Of a DNA stretch of 64,000 bases, positions 38,433 through 52,000 are shown piece by piece (the first letter of the stretch is position 1; the number at the start of each line of letters is the position of its first letter). The stretch comes from Felis catus (Eukaryota). Under the pieces are notes generated by a model. That model made no database searches. It was given only the letters and a program-made list of their open reading frames with translations, and was not told the origin of the DNA. The stretch lies in contig NC_058368.1 in the NCBI RefSeq assembly GCF_018350175.1, forward strand, positions 113,460,001 through 113,524,000, written 5' to 3'. The position numbers and the translations under genes are program-made.

Positions 38433-38835
38433 TTTTTTAAATATAATTTATTGTCAAATTGGTTTCCATACAACACCCAGTGCTCATCCTAACAAGTGCC
38501 CTCCTCCATGCCCATCACCCACTTTCCCCCTCCCCCACCCCCCATCAACCCTCAGTTTGTTCTCCATCCTTAAGAGTCTCTTATGGTTTGCCTCCCTCCC
38601 TCTCTGTAAACTTTTTTCCCCCTTCCCCTCCCCCATGGTGTTCTGTTAAGTTTCTCAAGATCCACACAAGAGTGAAAACATATGATATGTCTTTCTCTGC
38701 CTGACTTATTTCACTTAGCATAATACCCTCCAGTTCCATCCACGTTGGTGCAAATGGTCAGATTGCATACTTTCTCGTTGCCAAGTAGTATTCCATCCTA
38801 TATATAAACCACATCTACTTTATCCATTCGTCAGG
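38433..38835 (-). mobile_element. 5'-truncated felid L1 3' fragment
   Basis: Reverse of the same 3'UTR seen at 15.5 and 52.9 kb; short TSD tatctt. Confidence 0.93.
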
Positions 38836-39516
38836 TATCTTAACAGTTTAAATTTTCATTCACATACATGAACACACTCCTAAACAGTGCTTGAAACTAA
38901 ATGTTCCTTTAAGACTAGACATGCTTCCTAAAATCATGTTCACAACATGAAATTATTTTAAAAACCCTCCTTCACATACAGTCTTTTAAATAAAGTGAGC
39001 GCAAAAACTAACAATTATGCATAAAAGAAAACTCAAGGCCAATTTCATTCATGAATATAATGCAAACAGTGGCACAAAGAATCAAGAAGCACAATAAAAG
39101 AATGTTACATCATGGCCAAGTGGAATTTATACTTGTAATGCACAGACCTCTCAATAGTAGTAAATCCATTAAACTAGTTTATCATAATAAAGAGCTCAAG
39201 AGTAAAATCATGTAACCACCTAGACAGTGGAAAAGTACTGGATAAAATTCAACAATCATTCTTAATAACAACAACAAAAATCATTCAAACAAAAATAAAT
39301 GTATACTTCTTTGACGTGATAAAATGTATTTATCTCAATCCCAAAGCTAGGATCATACTTAAAGATACAACACTAGAATTCAAGCCGACAAGAACCAGGA
39401 CTAAGAAGTGTGTTCCCTATCACCATGGTTATTTTACATCCTATGAGAGGGAGCCAGGGAAGGCCTAAAGAAACATACAAATTGGAAAGAGGTCACCTAA
39501 AAGTAGGACTATTTAA

Positions 39517-39730
39517 TTTTTTTTTTCAACGTTTATTTATTTTTGGGACAGAGAGAGACAGAGCATGAACGGCGGAAGGGCAGAGAGAGAGGGAGACACA
39601 GAATCGGAAACAGGCTCCAGGCTCTGAGCCATCAGCCCAGAGCCCGACGCGGGGCTCGAACTCACAGACCGCGAGATCGTGACCCTGGCTGAAGTCGGAC
39701 GCTTAACCGACTGCGCCACCCAGGCGCCCC
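39517..39730 (-). mobile_element. Young SINEC_Fc
   Basis: Perfect 17-bp TSD aaagtaggactatttaa at 39500-39516 and 39731-39747. Confidence 0.97.
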
Positions 39731-39761
39731 AAAGTAGGACTATTTAAAGACAAGTTGATCA

Positions 39762-39873
39762 GGGCACCTGGCTGGCTCAGTCAGAAGAGTGCGCAACTCT
39801 TGATCTTGGGGTTATGAGTTTGAGCCCCATGCTGAGTGTAGAGATTACTTAAATAAATAAACTTAATAAAAAT
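39762..39873 (+). mobile_element. Short carnivore tRNA-derived SINE (no CT tract)
   Basis: gggcacctggctggctcagtc...gtagagattacttaaataaataaa; TSD aaagacaagttgatca at 39746-39761 and 39874-39889. Confidence 0.9.
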
Positions 39874-40074
39874 AAAGACAAGTTGATCATATTCTAGGAA
39901 AGCCAAAACAACAATCAACTGAAAGACATTGTCAAGCAAAAGACAACTCAGAAAGTTTAGCAAGATACAAAATTAACATGTAGACACTTACAGGTTCCTT
40001 ATATACAAACCTCCACCAGCTAGGAGATATACTTAAAAAATTACATTATATGTAATATAAAATACCTTAATAAT

Positions 40075-40291
40075 GGGGCACCTGGGTGGCTCAGTCGGTT
40101 AAGCGCCCGACTTCAGCTCAGGTCATGATTCATGGTCTGTGAGTTTGAGCCCCGCGTCAGGCTCTGTGCTGACAGCTCAGAGCCTGGAGGCTCCTTCGGA
40201 TTCTGTGTCTCCCTCTCTCTCTACCCCTCCCCCCCTCATGCTCTGTCTCTGTCTCAAAAATAAATAAACATTAAAAAATTGTTTTTAAAAA
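40075..40291 (+). mobile_element. SINEC_Fc
   Basis: TSD ataaaataccttaat at 40057-40071 and 40292-40306. Confidence 0.96.
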
Positions 40292-43225
40292 ATAAAATAC
40301 CTTAATCAAATAAAATACCACAATAATTAAAATACCAAGGAATTAACTAATTAATACATTTGCAAACCTTTAAGAAGAAAACTTTAAAACCCTTCTAACA
40401 GACATGAAAAAAGACCTGCACAGTTAGAAAGAGATACAATGTTCCTAGACAGGAAAACAGATTCACAAAGATGTCTACTTTTTCTTAAGGTCATTTATAA
40501 ATGCAATGCTCTCTTAATGGAAATATCATTTTTAGTTTGGGAATTATACAAGTTGATAATTAAGTATATTTAGAAAAAGATAAAAGACTATGAAGAAAAG
40601 ACCAAAACAACTTTAAAAAAGAAAAGGAATGAAAAATAGCAGTCCTGTCAGAGACGTGAACATGTGACAAAGCTTTAATATTGACATCATGTAACAAAAA
40701 CACAAAAATACCAAAACAAAACAAAATTAAGATCATGTGTTATGGGCACTGGATATGACTATGAACACAGACAAATGGATCAGAATACAAAGTCCAAAAA
40801 TCAAAGCAAACTCAGTACACGGTAAAAGTGAGCATCTCTACTGTGTAGGGAAAATATATATTCACCTAGTGATGTAAACTTAACTGAATAGCATCTCAAA
40901 AAAAAAAAAAAAAAAGAGATCACTTCTCTGTCTTAAAATACACACCAAAATAAATTCCTAGTATGTAAAACCATGGTGGGAGGAAAAAAAAAAAATAGGA
41001 CAAAGTATTTATTAACCTGGAAGCAGAGAAGGCCTTTTGAGTCATGCCTAAAAATCGACAGATTTTTTAATCAAAGAAGCCACAAAAACCAACACCAAGA
41101 AATACAAACACATAAAAATCAAACTTTAACCTAGCAATATATCATAAACAAAGTCTAAAGTTAAATGCCACCCCCTGGGAATGTCTTATCTGCTTTCAAA
41201 TTACAGGCAAAGTGCTAATATCTCTAATATATAAACAGCTTCTAGAAATTAACAAGTACAAGACATAGGACTTAACTAAAAAAAAATGGGCAAAGGACTG
41301 GAATAGACCTATCTTTGGCAAGGCTGTTTGGACAAAGTTGTTCCCAACTACTTACCACTACGGAGGGGCAAGGCATAATCTGACAGCAGTCATCCAAACT
41401 ATAAACGCATATATCTTCTGATCCATTAAGTCGTCTTCTGGCAAGTGACCATCTGAAGAACGTGCACATGATGTGTGAAATGATACATGTACAAAATACT
41501 GGAAAACTCAAGTGCCCATCAACAGGAATGGATTGAATCAATTATTTGTACACTGAAATACCACACAGCTTTAGAAGAAGAAGAAGAGAGAATAATGATC
41601 TCTACATAGATACGTGAAGACTTCCAAGATATACTGATACCTGCAAAAAGCAGGGTACAGAACATTGCCTATAATAGGCTGTTATGTTTTAACAAAAGAA
41701 AACACAGAATACACATACACACGCTAAGTAACAAATGCTTAAAGACATTTCGGAAGGATACACAAGAGACCAATAACAGCGGTTATTGGGTAAGAAAATT
41801 GGGCACATGGAGACTTTTTACTGTATTCCTTGCTATTTATTTTCATTTCTGAAAAACATCTGAACGTATCGTCCTACTTAAAAACTAGATTGAAAAAACA
41901 AAGTAAATAACAAGAAATGTGACTGTTCTGCAGATATGCCCTGGGAGGTGCCTCACCCCACTTCCAGCTGAGCCCCTTAAGCTCCCCAGGGTCCTTGCCT
42001 GAGGACTTCTTTTTTCCGTAACAGCCAGCATCTGGGGAAAGCCTGTGAATACCACATCATCAGGAGCTCTTTTAAATCTCTCAAAGTTATAGTGAAACCC
42101 ACCCAAAAGTCGAAAGCAGGCTAGGGTTGTATATTTTAAATTCATCACTAGCGCCTCTATTTTCTTGTGTGTTCGGCCTCATTTTTCTAGTACCAAAGAC
42201 ATCATTAAGAAGGTGATTGTACAAAAATCAATAGAGAAAAGGTTAGTATCTAAACACAGACTGCCACATTTGTAGGTGGGGACCGACCAGAACAAACTGG
42301 CTTGAAGCCTCTGAGATACTGGAAAACCCTCCATCTCCCTGGGTTACCAAAGGCCCTAAACGAACCTGCCTAAGAAATGGTTCTGACCAAATCCACGATT
42401 ACATCTCAACAGGAATTCTGCAGGTAAACGCCATAACTTAATGGAGTGACGGTGCTGCTGATTCAATTTTCTGCTTGCATCCGTATCTGCTGAATCCCTT
42501 ATTATGAATGAACAGGGCTGGCCTCAGGTATAAGACCTCTGGTCCTAATCACTGCAGCCACCAGAACTAATGACTGTAATGACTCGAAACTGATCAGCTA
42601 GAGGGCCGGCCTCCCCCGAGGCACCACTCTGTGGGCCTGCATTAACGGCACAGGCAAGGAGAGCCAGCATCCAAGGCAAGGAACAAGGATTAAAGGATTA
42701 TCTCCCGAGATAAAAGCAATGAGGATGAAACCGTTTCTAATAAGGTGGGAACAGCACTCTTTCCAAACAGTGGCAGCAACCTTTTCAGTAAATATTCCAG
42801 AGAAGGGTGTTGCAGCTTATGTTATTATTGATGAAAGATAGAACTCTAATAAAAATTCAGTGAGTATAAAAAATGTCAGAGATGGTTTCATTTCATGTGT
42901 AATAAAGTAAGACACATAAAAATAACATGTTGGCTATAAAGAGACTATATAGCGTTCGATACAGGTACGCCAAAGCGCAAAGTGAGGCACTTAAAGAGAC
43001 TGCTGGTGGCACAGAGATTCACAGAAAAATGAATGGGCCCAAAACTCAATGGGCACGAAATTCAGATTTCGCCTGGGATGCAGAGAGACAGCGCTAGCAA
43101 ATACGTGTCCATCAGGTGACTGCGACCTGTAGCTTCCACTGTGCAACTTACAACACAAAGGACAATTGATTTCTAACACCTAAAAAATGGGCTAGCCTGT
43201 CTTAAGTTTAAAATCACAAGAACTC

Positions 43226-43459
43226 GGGGTACCTGGGTGGTTCAGTCGCTTAAGGGTCAGACTTCGACTAAGGGCATGATCTCACGGTTCCTGAGTTCAA
43301 GCCCCGTGTCAAGCTCTGTGCTGACATCTCAGAACCCGGAGAGGTTCACTTCAGATTCTGTGTCCCTCCACCCTCCCTGCCCCTCCCCTGCTTGTGCACT
43401 GTCTCTCTCAAAAATAAACATTAAAAAAAATTTTAATAACATAAATTTAAAAAATAAAC
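43226..43459 (+). mobile_element. SINEC_Fc
   Basis: TSD taaaatcacaagaac at 43209-43223 and 43460-43474. Confidence 0.94.
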
Positions 43460-43477
43460 TAAAATCACAAGAACACA

Positions 43478-43682
43478 GGGACGCCTGGGTGGCTCAGTTG
43501 GTAGAGCATCCAACTTCAGCTCAGGTCATGATCTCATGGTTCGTGAGTTTGAGCCCCACATTAGGCTCGCTGCTGTCAGCCTGCCAGCACAGAGCCCACT
43601 TCGGATCCTCTGCCCCCCCCCCCAGCCCCTCCCCTGCTTGCACTTTCTCAAAAATGAATTAATCAATTAATTAAAATACAAT
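43478..43682 (+). mobile_element. SINEC variant subfamily (...ctgtcagcctgccagcacagagccc...)
   Basis: tRNA-like head, C-rich tract and A-rich tail. Confidence 0.92.
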
Positions 43683-45974
43683 AAAAATCGCACAAACATC
43701 AAGTCCCTGGGTCTCAATTGAGGCGCGTCCTGCCAGAAGACAGAGTCCCACATGACGGTGGTCATCAGGGTTTTGTTGGGTCTGGACAGAGAGCTTGCGC
43801 ACCTGAAGAAAGCAATCAGGACTACTGGGCCCGCATTTATGAGGGCGGATGAGACCTCTGGCACCTGGGCAGGCCTGGCCTCACCAGATGCTCTGCCACG
43901 CCAGCACCTGTCACCTTGGCCCGGGGCCCTCCCGCATCGGAACTCAAGTCAAACCCCAAAGGAGCAAAGAAGTCAGGTTTTTTTCCAAAAAGGCATTTGA
44001 CAAATTATTTTTTAAACACTGATTTTACAACCGCACCCAGGATAAAGTTTATCTGTATCTAATAAGAGAAAACAGCTCCCAAAAATGGACACAAATGAGT
44101 AATTCAAAATTATCCCTTAAGAATTTAAAGAAAAAGATAATCACTCTTTCTCCCCCACTCCTGCAAAAGTTCAGGAAGCATTAATGAACGTGACCACCTT
44201 TCCCACTCAAACTCGAAAAGAAACACTACGGGCATTAAGCAGCCAGGTGAGCGCTAAGATAATTAATTGTAAACACATCATGTTTCATTAGGATTCTCCT
44301 TGATGCCAGTATGAAAAAAATCAATGATCTTTTCTACTTAATAGCCAATCTGAAAAGCAATTTTAGAAAAATAATTGGTTTCAGAAATGAAAAAAACACA
44401 TGGACATAAGTATATCTTGCCATTATTTTCTAGAGCTTCACAAGGCCATTCCCAGGACTCATGTAACATTTATAAGAAACAATTATACTCCAAATGATTA
44501 TTGTACCAATTGTTGGTTCTAATCAATAGTTAAGGACATAAGCAGAGGAGGAAATTAATTACACATTCAATACCGCTCCTTAAAACTAAAAGCAAAATTG
44601 AGGGCAATAGACGCATCAAGCAGTGGCCAAAGTGAACGATAACAAATTGTGGCTGCAGGCACAAGACGGTTACAGAATCAGAATCGCGGGGAGACACGAA
44701 CCACCTGAGGGGAGTGGGGTCTCATGGCCCAATCACAAATTCTCTGAAGCATGAATTCTCTCACAGCTGCCTTGGTTAAAATATGTCTTCTAAGGAGCTT
44801 TAACGACCTGAGATAGACTTCAAGTATGGAATCTATGACAAGAAAAAAAAAAAAAAAAGACTCTGAGTCAGAGTAATGCGGAAGGGCAGTGTGAAGGATG
44901 AAGAAGCATGAATCAGGTCAAAGAAGAAACCATGGATGGAAGGGGGCCCACAGCAGGCAGTGGCTGAGCACGACCGAGGCTAAGAACGAAGCACTGCTAC
45001 GAGGCTAGGTGGCAGAGTGCAAAGGGTAGGGCAGGGCACTTTGAGGGGAAGGCAGATGTGAGAGTGGGTGCCTGGCCCAAGACCTGGCATGTCACCAGCT
45101 CAGTTCTTACACTGAGAACCCCCGGATGCCCCACAGTTCCTGTGTGACCCAGTGGCACACTTCTGGGTCAGACTTGCCCTGGGTTCAGGCGCCACCAGCC
45201 ATGCGGAAATTTGGTTCTGCTCTGGCTAGGACCCGTGTCATTCCGTGGTTGGAAAATTCATGCAAAAACCATATGTGCTTTGCAATCTACCATCTGCTTA
45301 GTTCTCCGTAACAATTCAGAGCGCAGAAAACCTGACAGATCGATTTCTTCTGGACCCCCAGCTACACAACTCCTCAACATCATGCAAGTTCACAAGGAAC
45401 TTAAAAAAAAAAACAAAAGAAAAAAGAAGAAAAAAAAAAAGCTGTTTCTTTTCTGGAATAAAAGGCCTTGTATTAACTCTTATCTGTTTTCCTACACATT
45501 TCTTAGAGGCTAAGAGTTAGCTGCAAACCTAAGTTTAAATACACTAAAAATAAAATTTATACTTTGGGTTTTATTTCTAGGTAAGAAAATAGAAGTTTTC
45601 TGAGCCCTTGTCACCCTTCAGAACCTGTGGAAACTTCATCTGTATTTCCTGCTACTTAGCCCCTAATAATCATAAAATAAAGTCCTAACTCAAGTCATAT
45701 TCTACATATTTTACCTGTATTTGTCTGATTTATTCATTACATCAGTCAACATTTGCTGAGCCCCTTGTGTGCCAGGGACACAGGTCTAAGTGACATACCA
45801 TCCTGTCCTTGGAGCTCACAGTCCAGAAGAAAAGCCTATCTCCACAATCATCTGTGAGGCAGAAAGTAGAAGCAACATCTCATTCTGTGGACTCACTGAT
45901 AGCTACTGATTAACCCATCTCTATCATGAAACACGGGACACTTGCAAAATTTTAAGACAGCTAATATGAGAAAA

Positions 45975-46215
45975 CGGTATGCTTTGGTGATCAAGAATGG
46001 GAATTTCAGAGTCAAGGCTTGGTTTGAAGTCTCACTCTACCACTCACTCGCTCTGTGACTCTGGGCCTCTGTGAGCCTCAGTTTTCTCATCGGAACAGAG
46101 AAATGAGAAAAGTTCCAACCTTGCAAGGTGATGGTGCACATTCAAGGGGATAATTCATACAGGAAGGGCTTAGTAAAGAACCTGGAAAAGAGTCAGTACT
46201 CAAAATTACTAGGTG
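45975..46215 (+). mobile_element. MIR, near full length
   Basis: ctctaccactcactcgctctgtgact...gagcctcagttttctcatc...cttagtaaagaacctgg...tactcaaaa. Confidence 0.8.
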
Positions 46216-46639
46216 TGAAATGATGCCTGTAAGCTACTAGCGTTCTTTCCTGAGGCTATGAGAAAATTTCATAGAGTTTAACTACAGTTTTTAGCCACCA
46301 CTGTAGCTTTTCCCTCAGAGAATCCTGGCCAGGCAGGCCCAGGGCACATTTCTTATGTTCCTCAAGAAAAGCTGACTGTTCTTTCAGGAAAAGTCAGATT
46401 GTGTTGAGATCCACAGCCCGAAAGCTCAATGTCACTGCTCACACCTCATCCTCTACCAACTCTTCAAGATGAAACACAACCTATTTCCTCACCAAACAAA
46501 AACATCACAGAGCTGCAAACATTACAGGAGTCCATTTTCTCACCAGCGATGCCAGAATTTGGGGATATGCTTGGCTCAGGCATGTAACCTGTTTGAAATT
46601 CCATGTAAGAAAAACAGAAGGGCATCAAAAAAGTACATC

Positions 46640-47360
46640 TGCTTTAATGCAAGAGCCACCTCCAGGAACTTATCCTACAGAAATATTTATGCAAGCATGA
46701 CAGATTTATTCACAGCGATAATCAATGAGCCATACTTGGTAATAAATGGAAAAAACTGGAAATAACTCAAATCCAAGAATGGGAACATGGCTAAATAAAT
46801 AGCAGTACTTTAGGAATACATACACAGAATACTATGCATCCTCTAAATATAATGTTCTGATGGATGAAATGATAAAGGAGAGCTCTCTAGGAGTTTACAG
46901 GAAAAAGAAGGTAAGGGGCGCCTGGGCAGCTCAGTCCATTAAGTGTCCAACTTTGGTTCAGGTCATGATCTCTCAGTTCGTAAGTCTGAGGCCTGCATCA
47001 GACTCTGTGCTGACAGCTCGGAGCCTGGATCCTGCTTCAGATTCTGTGTCTCCCTCTCTCTCTGCACCTCCCCCACTCATGCTCTCTTTCTCTCTCTCTC
47101 TCTCTCTCAAAAATAAACACTAGAAAAAAATTTTTATAAAAAAGAAAAGAAAAAGGAGGTAAGCAGATAAAAGACAATGTGCACACACACACACAGAGTC
47201 CTAGACTCCATTTCCAGAAATGCCCGGGAAACTGCTCATGGTGGTTACCTATGGGAAGAACAATTACGTAATAAAAGTGAACAAGGGAGTGAAAGAACTT
47301 GACTTGCTTTTATATACTTTTGAAGTAAATTTTTTATACCATGAACATGTGTGCTTCACT
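46640..47360 (+). mobile_element. Old L1ME-like 3' fragment
   Basis: caggaacttatcctacagaaata...aaaactggaaataac...tggtggttacctatggg. Confidence 0.55.
46915..47148 (+). mobile_element. SINEC_Fc
   Basis: TSD gaaaaagRaggtaag at 46901-46915 and 47149-47163. Confidence 0.95.
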
Positions 47361-47696
47361 CAAAAAGAAACCTTACGTTTTCAAGCTGTCATTCAAAAGC
47401 CAAAATGCCTCCCCAAATTATAATTAACATGGAGCTACAAAGAAACAAGTTCAGAGGAAATGAAAATGAGACCTTCCTTGAAAAATGTGACAAACTTCAT
47501 GATTAAGGCAAATAGTACTTTTAGTATAGGTTTTTAAAAGTTGTTTTCTGAGAACAAACAAGTTGACAGCTACCTCTCCTTATCTACAGCATAAGATAGT
47601 GGAGATTAAAACCTGGTCGTAGAAACACATCTACATTGGAACCTGGATTTGAACTAGATTTGATTCTGGATTTGAACTCTAGGACACCCTGAAGCC

Positions 47697-48040
47697 AGGA
47701 ATCAAAACATATGGCCCAGGGGCCAAACCCAGGGCCAAGTCTAGCCTGCCACCAGTTTTTGTGTGGCCCACAAGCTTAAGAATAACTTTTCCATGTTTAC
47801 ATGGTTGAAAAAGTACAATTATTAACGTTTCACGACATGAAATTTTTATTAAATTCAATGGTCAGTGTCCATAAATAAAGTTTGATTGGAACGCAGTCAT
47901 GTCTGCTCATTTGCATATTATCTATGGCTGCTTACATGCAACAGGCAAAAGTGAGCTGCAGCAAAAAAAGATCACATGGAGCCCAAAGCCTAAAGTATTT
48001 ACTATCTGACCCTTTATGCAAAAAGGTTGCTGTGCTCTGC
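47697..48040. mobile_element. MER58B-like hAT DNA transposon
   Basis: tatggcccaggggccaaa...cagtgtccataaataaagttt...aaagcctaaagtatttactatctgacccttta; about 340 bp. Confidence 0.85.
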
Positions 48041-48801
48041 CTGATATAACGGACTTAACTGAGCCCCAGTGTCTTTACCTATAAAATAACTCCAGTAACA
48101 GCCGCAATGTCACAGGACAGCTGTGAAGACTGAATGTAATAATGAGTGGATGGTGGTCAGTACTTTTTTAAATACTGCTTTTCACATTTTAATACTGAAG
48201 TCAGAATTTTTTTTTATAACCAGTGGCATGTCAGTTTGTGCGTGTGTGCGCGTGCGTGTGTGTGTTAGCTCAACTAATGTGTCAGAGATAGATGAAAGAG
48301 GCTGAGCCTGTCACATGTTGGTTAACTATTACTTTTGACTACAAATGTGAGTACCATGACTTTCAGGACTAAGCGTCCACACTCCAGTCCTCCACAGGCT
48401 GCATTCACCTGCCCCCTGTAATGATGACCCTCTTCCTCAGAAGCAGTCTTCCTGTGTCTCTTGCATGGTCTATTCACAGACCTTGGGTCAGTTTTACAAC
48501 TCAGGCTTCCTGACTGCTCCCTTAGCCACATCCTCCCTGTTTTCCCTGGGGCAGCCTGTGCCCATGCACATAGCTTTCCGTGGCGGGCAAAAAGTCCCCA
48601 GTTGAAACTACCGCTCTAGTCACATAAACGGTGTCAGGAACAGAACACACACTCCAGAGCCAGATGGGTTGCGGTTCAAATCTCCACTCAGCCACCACAC
48701 CACCTAGGTGACCTTGGTGACCTTGGACAAGCCCTTTTCTTCCTTATAGTTTCTATTTACAAAGAGAGATTCACAGTATGTTCTTTAACTGAAAGCAAAT
48801 A

Positions 48802-49030
48802 GGGGTGCCTGGGTGGCTCAGGTGGTTAAGCGTCCAACTTTGGATTAGGTCATGAACTCCTGAGTTTGAGCCCTGCATCGGGCTCTGTGCTGACAGCTCA
48901 GAGCCTGGAGCCTGGTTCAGATCCTGTGTCTCCCTCTCGCTCTCCCCCCTCCCCAACTCACGCTCACTCTCTCTCACTTTCTCTCTCTCTCTCTCTCAAA
49001 AATAAACATTAAAAAATAAATTAAAAATCT
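48802..49030 (+). mobile_element. SINEC_Fc
   Basis: Head ggggtgcctgggtggctcag, (CT)n tract, aataaa tail. Confidence 0.94.
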
Positions 49031-52000
49031 TTTTTAATTAAAGTATTTAAAATATTACAAAGTAAGAACTAAAACTCCTCTTGCTCCTCCCCGCCCATTC
49101 CTCAGAGATAAAAGGTTACAATTTGGTGTTCAGATATCTGACATGCACCCATGTCAGATACAAGTACCCATCAGATGCAGACGTATAGAAACACTTTGTT
49201 TTACATAAATGGAATCCTATCAGATACGTTATTTTGCTTTTTTATACCAGATCTTATCCCAGATGACTATGTATTTCCGAAACCTGTTTAAAAGCTGTTC
49301 AGGATTTGAACCCAGCCGCCACCACCCCGCCCCCCGCCCCGGTTAAAAATGGGAGCAACCATGTTTTCTTTATACGGGTACCAGTGTTAACAAGATGATG
49401 TGCACGTGCGCCCACTTGTTTCTAAGAGGACTAGACAGTACTTGCATACAGTAGGTACTCAATAAATGGTAATTATTCTTCTTCCCAACTACTAACTCAG
49501 CATTTACATTGTGTCCAGTCCTGTACTAGACCCCGGAGATATGGAAGTACACAAGACACACGTAAGTCTGCCCCCAAGGAGATCACCATCTAGCCAGAGA
49601 ATCAAACAGTAAATAATTCCAGAAAATTATTCAATACCAACCGGCTGGTGATGCAGAATACAGGCTATCAGGAGAGAGAGTCCCAGGTGAGTCTAGGGCC
49701 AATGAGAGAAGATGTCCTTGAGGACGTAACATGTAAACTGGGATCTCAAGAAAGAGCTGGACACACCTCTTTGGTGAAGGGCGGGCAGGAATGCGCTAAG
49801 CACAGAGAAGGGAAGGTATGAAGGCCCCCATGCAAGCTATTTGCTAATTATTACAGTATTATAGTAAATTCTTAATGAAACAGTCACATAACTAAGAAGC
49901 AAAATAACCACAATTTATTCTCAGTTACAATTCTAACTCCTTCTATACTATCTGAAAATTATACCACCCAAATTTCCATTTTGCAGTGAAAGAATCAAAG
50001 AGACCAGAAACCATGGTTCTAAGAACAATGTAAACATACCAAGAAGAAAGATGTGAATAACAGAGTCACGAACACAGCAGCCACTGAGAATATGCTACAG
50101 AAAAGCTCCAGCATCATGACAACCCAACAGCTGGCATTATCATTTCTGACTAAGAACCCCACCCCCTTGATCTGAGGGGTCAACCTAAATGGCCCTGGAG
50201 ACAGAAATAGCTCCCCTCTTTCTCTTCCAGGGCAGACCAGCTCAGTGTTGACCAGATGTAAACACTAGGCACATACACTCCAAATACAGAATAAGCCCTC
50301 TTTACCTGAGAGTTTCAGGATCTCTTTTTCAGTGTCTGAGATAGTATGATGTTCTAAACATCTAGGGAGTCATTATTTGATATGTTAACAAAACCACATT
50401 TAATCCTGCATGCACTTCAGATCTCTCCAACAGCACAAGCTGTCAGATGACAGGAATTTGTAAAAGCATGTCCTTTGGAGGCTATGGCAGGGGATCCGGC
50501 GGCTGTGGCATTCGAAGCCAGACAACAAGATACATGGAGGGACCAGGCTTTCCTTGAGGGTACAGTCTAGCCTAATCTATTCCTCCAGGCCCTCGGAGGC
50601 TTCTCTGTAAAGGCGATGGCTTCCCAGTTCCTTCATTCGCTACCCTTACCCTCAAGCATCTGAACGTGGAGCAAAAACATTTCTTTCTCCGTGCAGGACA
50701 GCAATCTCTCTGCCTGAGTCTCGCAACGAGCAATGTCACTGCATTCGGAAATGTATGCCTGTATGTGCAGCCCTGGCAAGATAAAACATGGCACCAAGGC
50801 CATTTATTCCCCTGCCATTGTTGCCAAAGACAAGAGAATCCATTCAGAGAAACAGGTTAGCTTCAAAAGGATGGAAGTAAAGATCTAAACTGACTGGATA
50901 TATCACTTTCCTTTACAAGGAACACAGAATAATCCTGCCATTTTTCTTACTCAAGTCCCTTGTATTTGCAAAGAATGAGGCTTCAGTTGTACACGACCAA
51001 CCCCATTTGCTTATGAGGTATTCTTGCAAAGGTACACAGACATGACTCTGTTAAACTGAATCCACCTCAATACACCAATTAGGCAAGTAGTTTGAGGAAT
51101 TCCTACGAGGAATAATTTCTATTATAAAATAAATGATCACCTCTCAACAGACCTGCCTTATCTTAGAACTACATACACTCAAAGTCAGAAGCAATGTCAA
51201 TGGTAAGTACCCTGTCCCCCAATGTTTGATTCCTGCCCAGTCTTAGGTGTGAACATCCCAGCAGTGGTGACTCATTCCTCAAGGCTGGGGCCCTGCCCCA
51301 TACAGCTTGAGCTATGAAAAGACCATACTTGGAAGGAGCCAAAACCCATCACCTTGCAACTCCCAGTCGCTTTTTCTGGGACTATCCTTTGGTGACAAAA
51401 GGAATCTTCAACTTCCTCTGTACAAGAACCCAACCAACATCTGAGTACAGCTATTATAAAATGCAATGGAGTTCAAAATTCCACCCCCTATGCTGGCTTA
51501 TATGGAGGCTTGTCCACATCTGTGAGTGCTTTATCACCTCACCCCTACTTTTAAAACTACGCATGAAGCACTCAAAACCATTTCTGAATGAAGACACCTG
51601 TGCCATGCTATGAGTGTCTACCCCTAAGCTGACAGTATGACTTTGTCATCACAAACGGAATTTCTCCTCCTGCCTAATAACCAATCGAAAAGACAACTCG
51701 GGATCAAATTGTATTTGTGAACTGTGCTCTCCCCTTCATCCCTCCAAAAGTAGCCATCATGATCGTAGTTCTGTTGATGGCTGGGAATGTCCTAACAAAA
51801 CCTAATATGAATTTGGCAATACCTTTAAATAAAATGTGAATTTTACTAAGCCTGTCATCATCTGCACATATCTGAGAAGCAGAGATGAAAATGTACCCTT
51901 ACGTGTGCACGGGAAGTGTGTCCCACCCATGTGAAGCTCAAATTACAATGTGAAGCTCCCATGTGATATTGATGTAACCCTCTAGGCTAGCAGTTGGGGT

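Larger units (their letters stand above)
39000..41890 (+). mobile_element. Highly decayed old L1M ORF2 and 3'UTR
   Basis: A-rich; recognisable motifs (gataaaattcaaca, aaaataaattcc, aaatgggcaaagga, aagtgcccatcaacagg). Confidence 0.7.
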
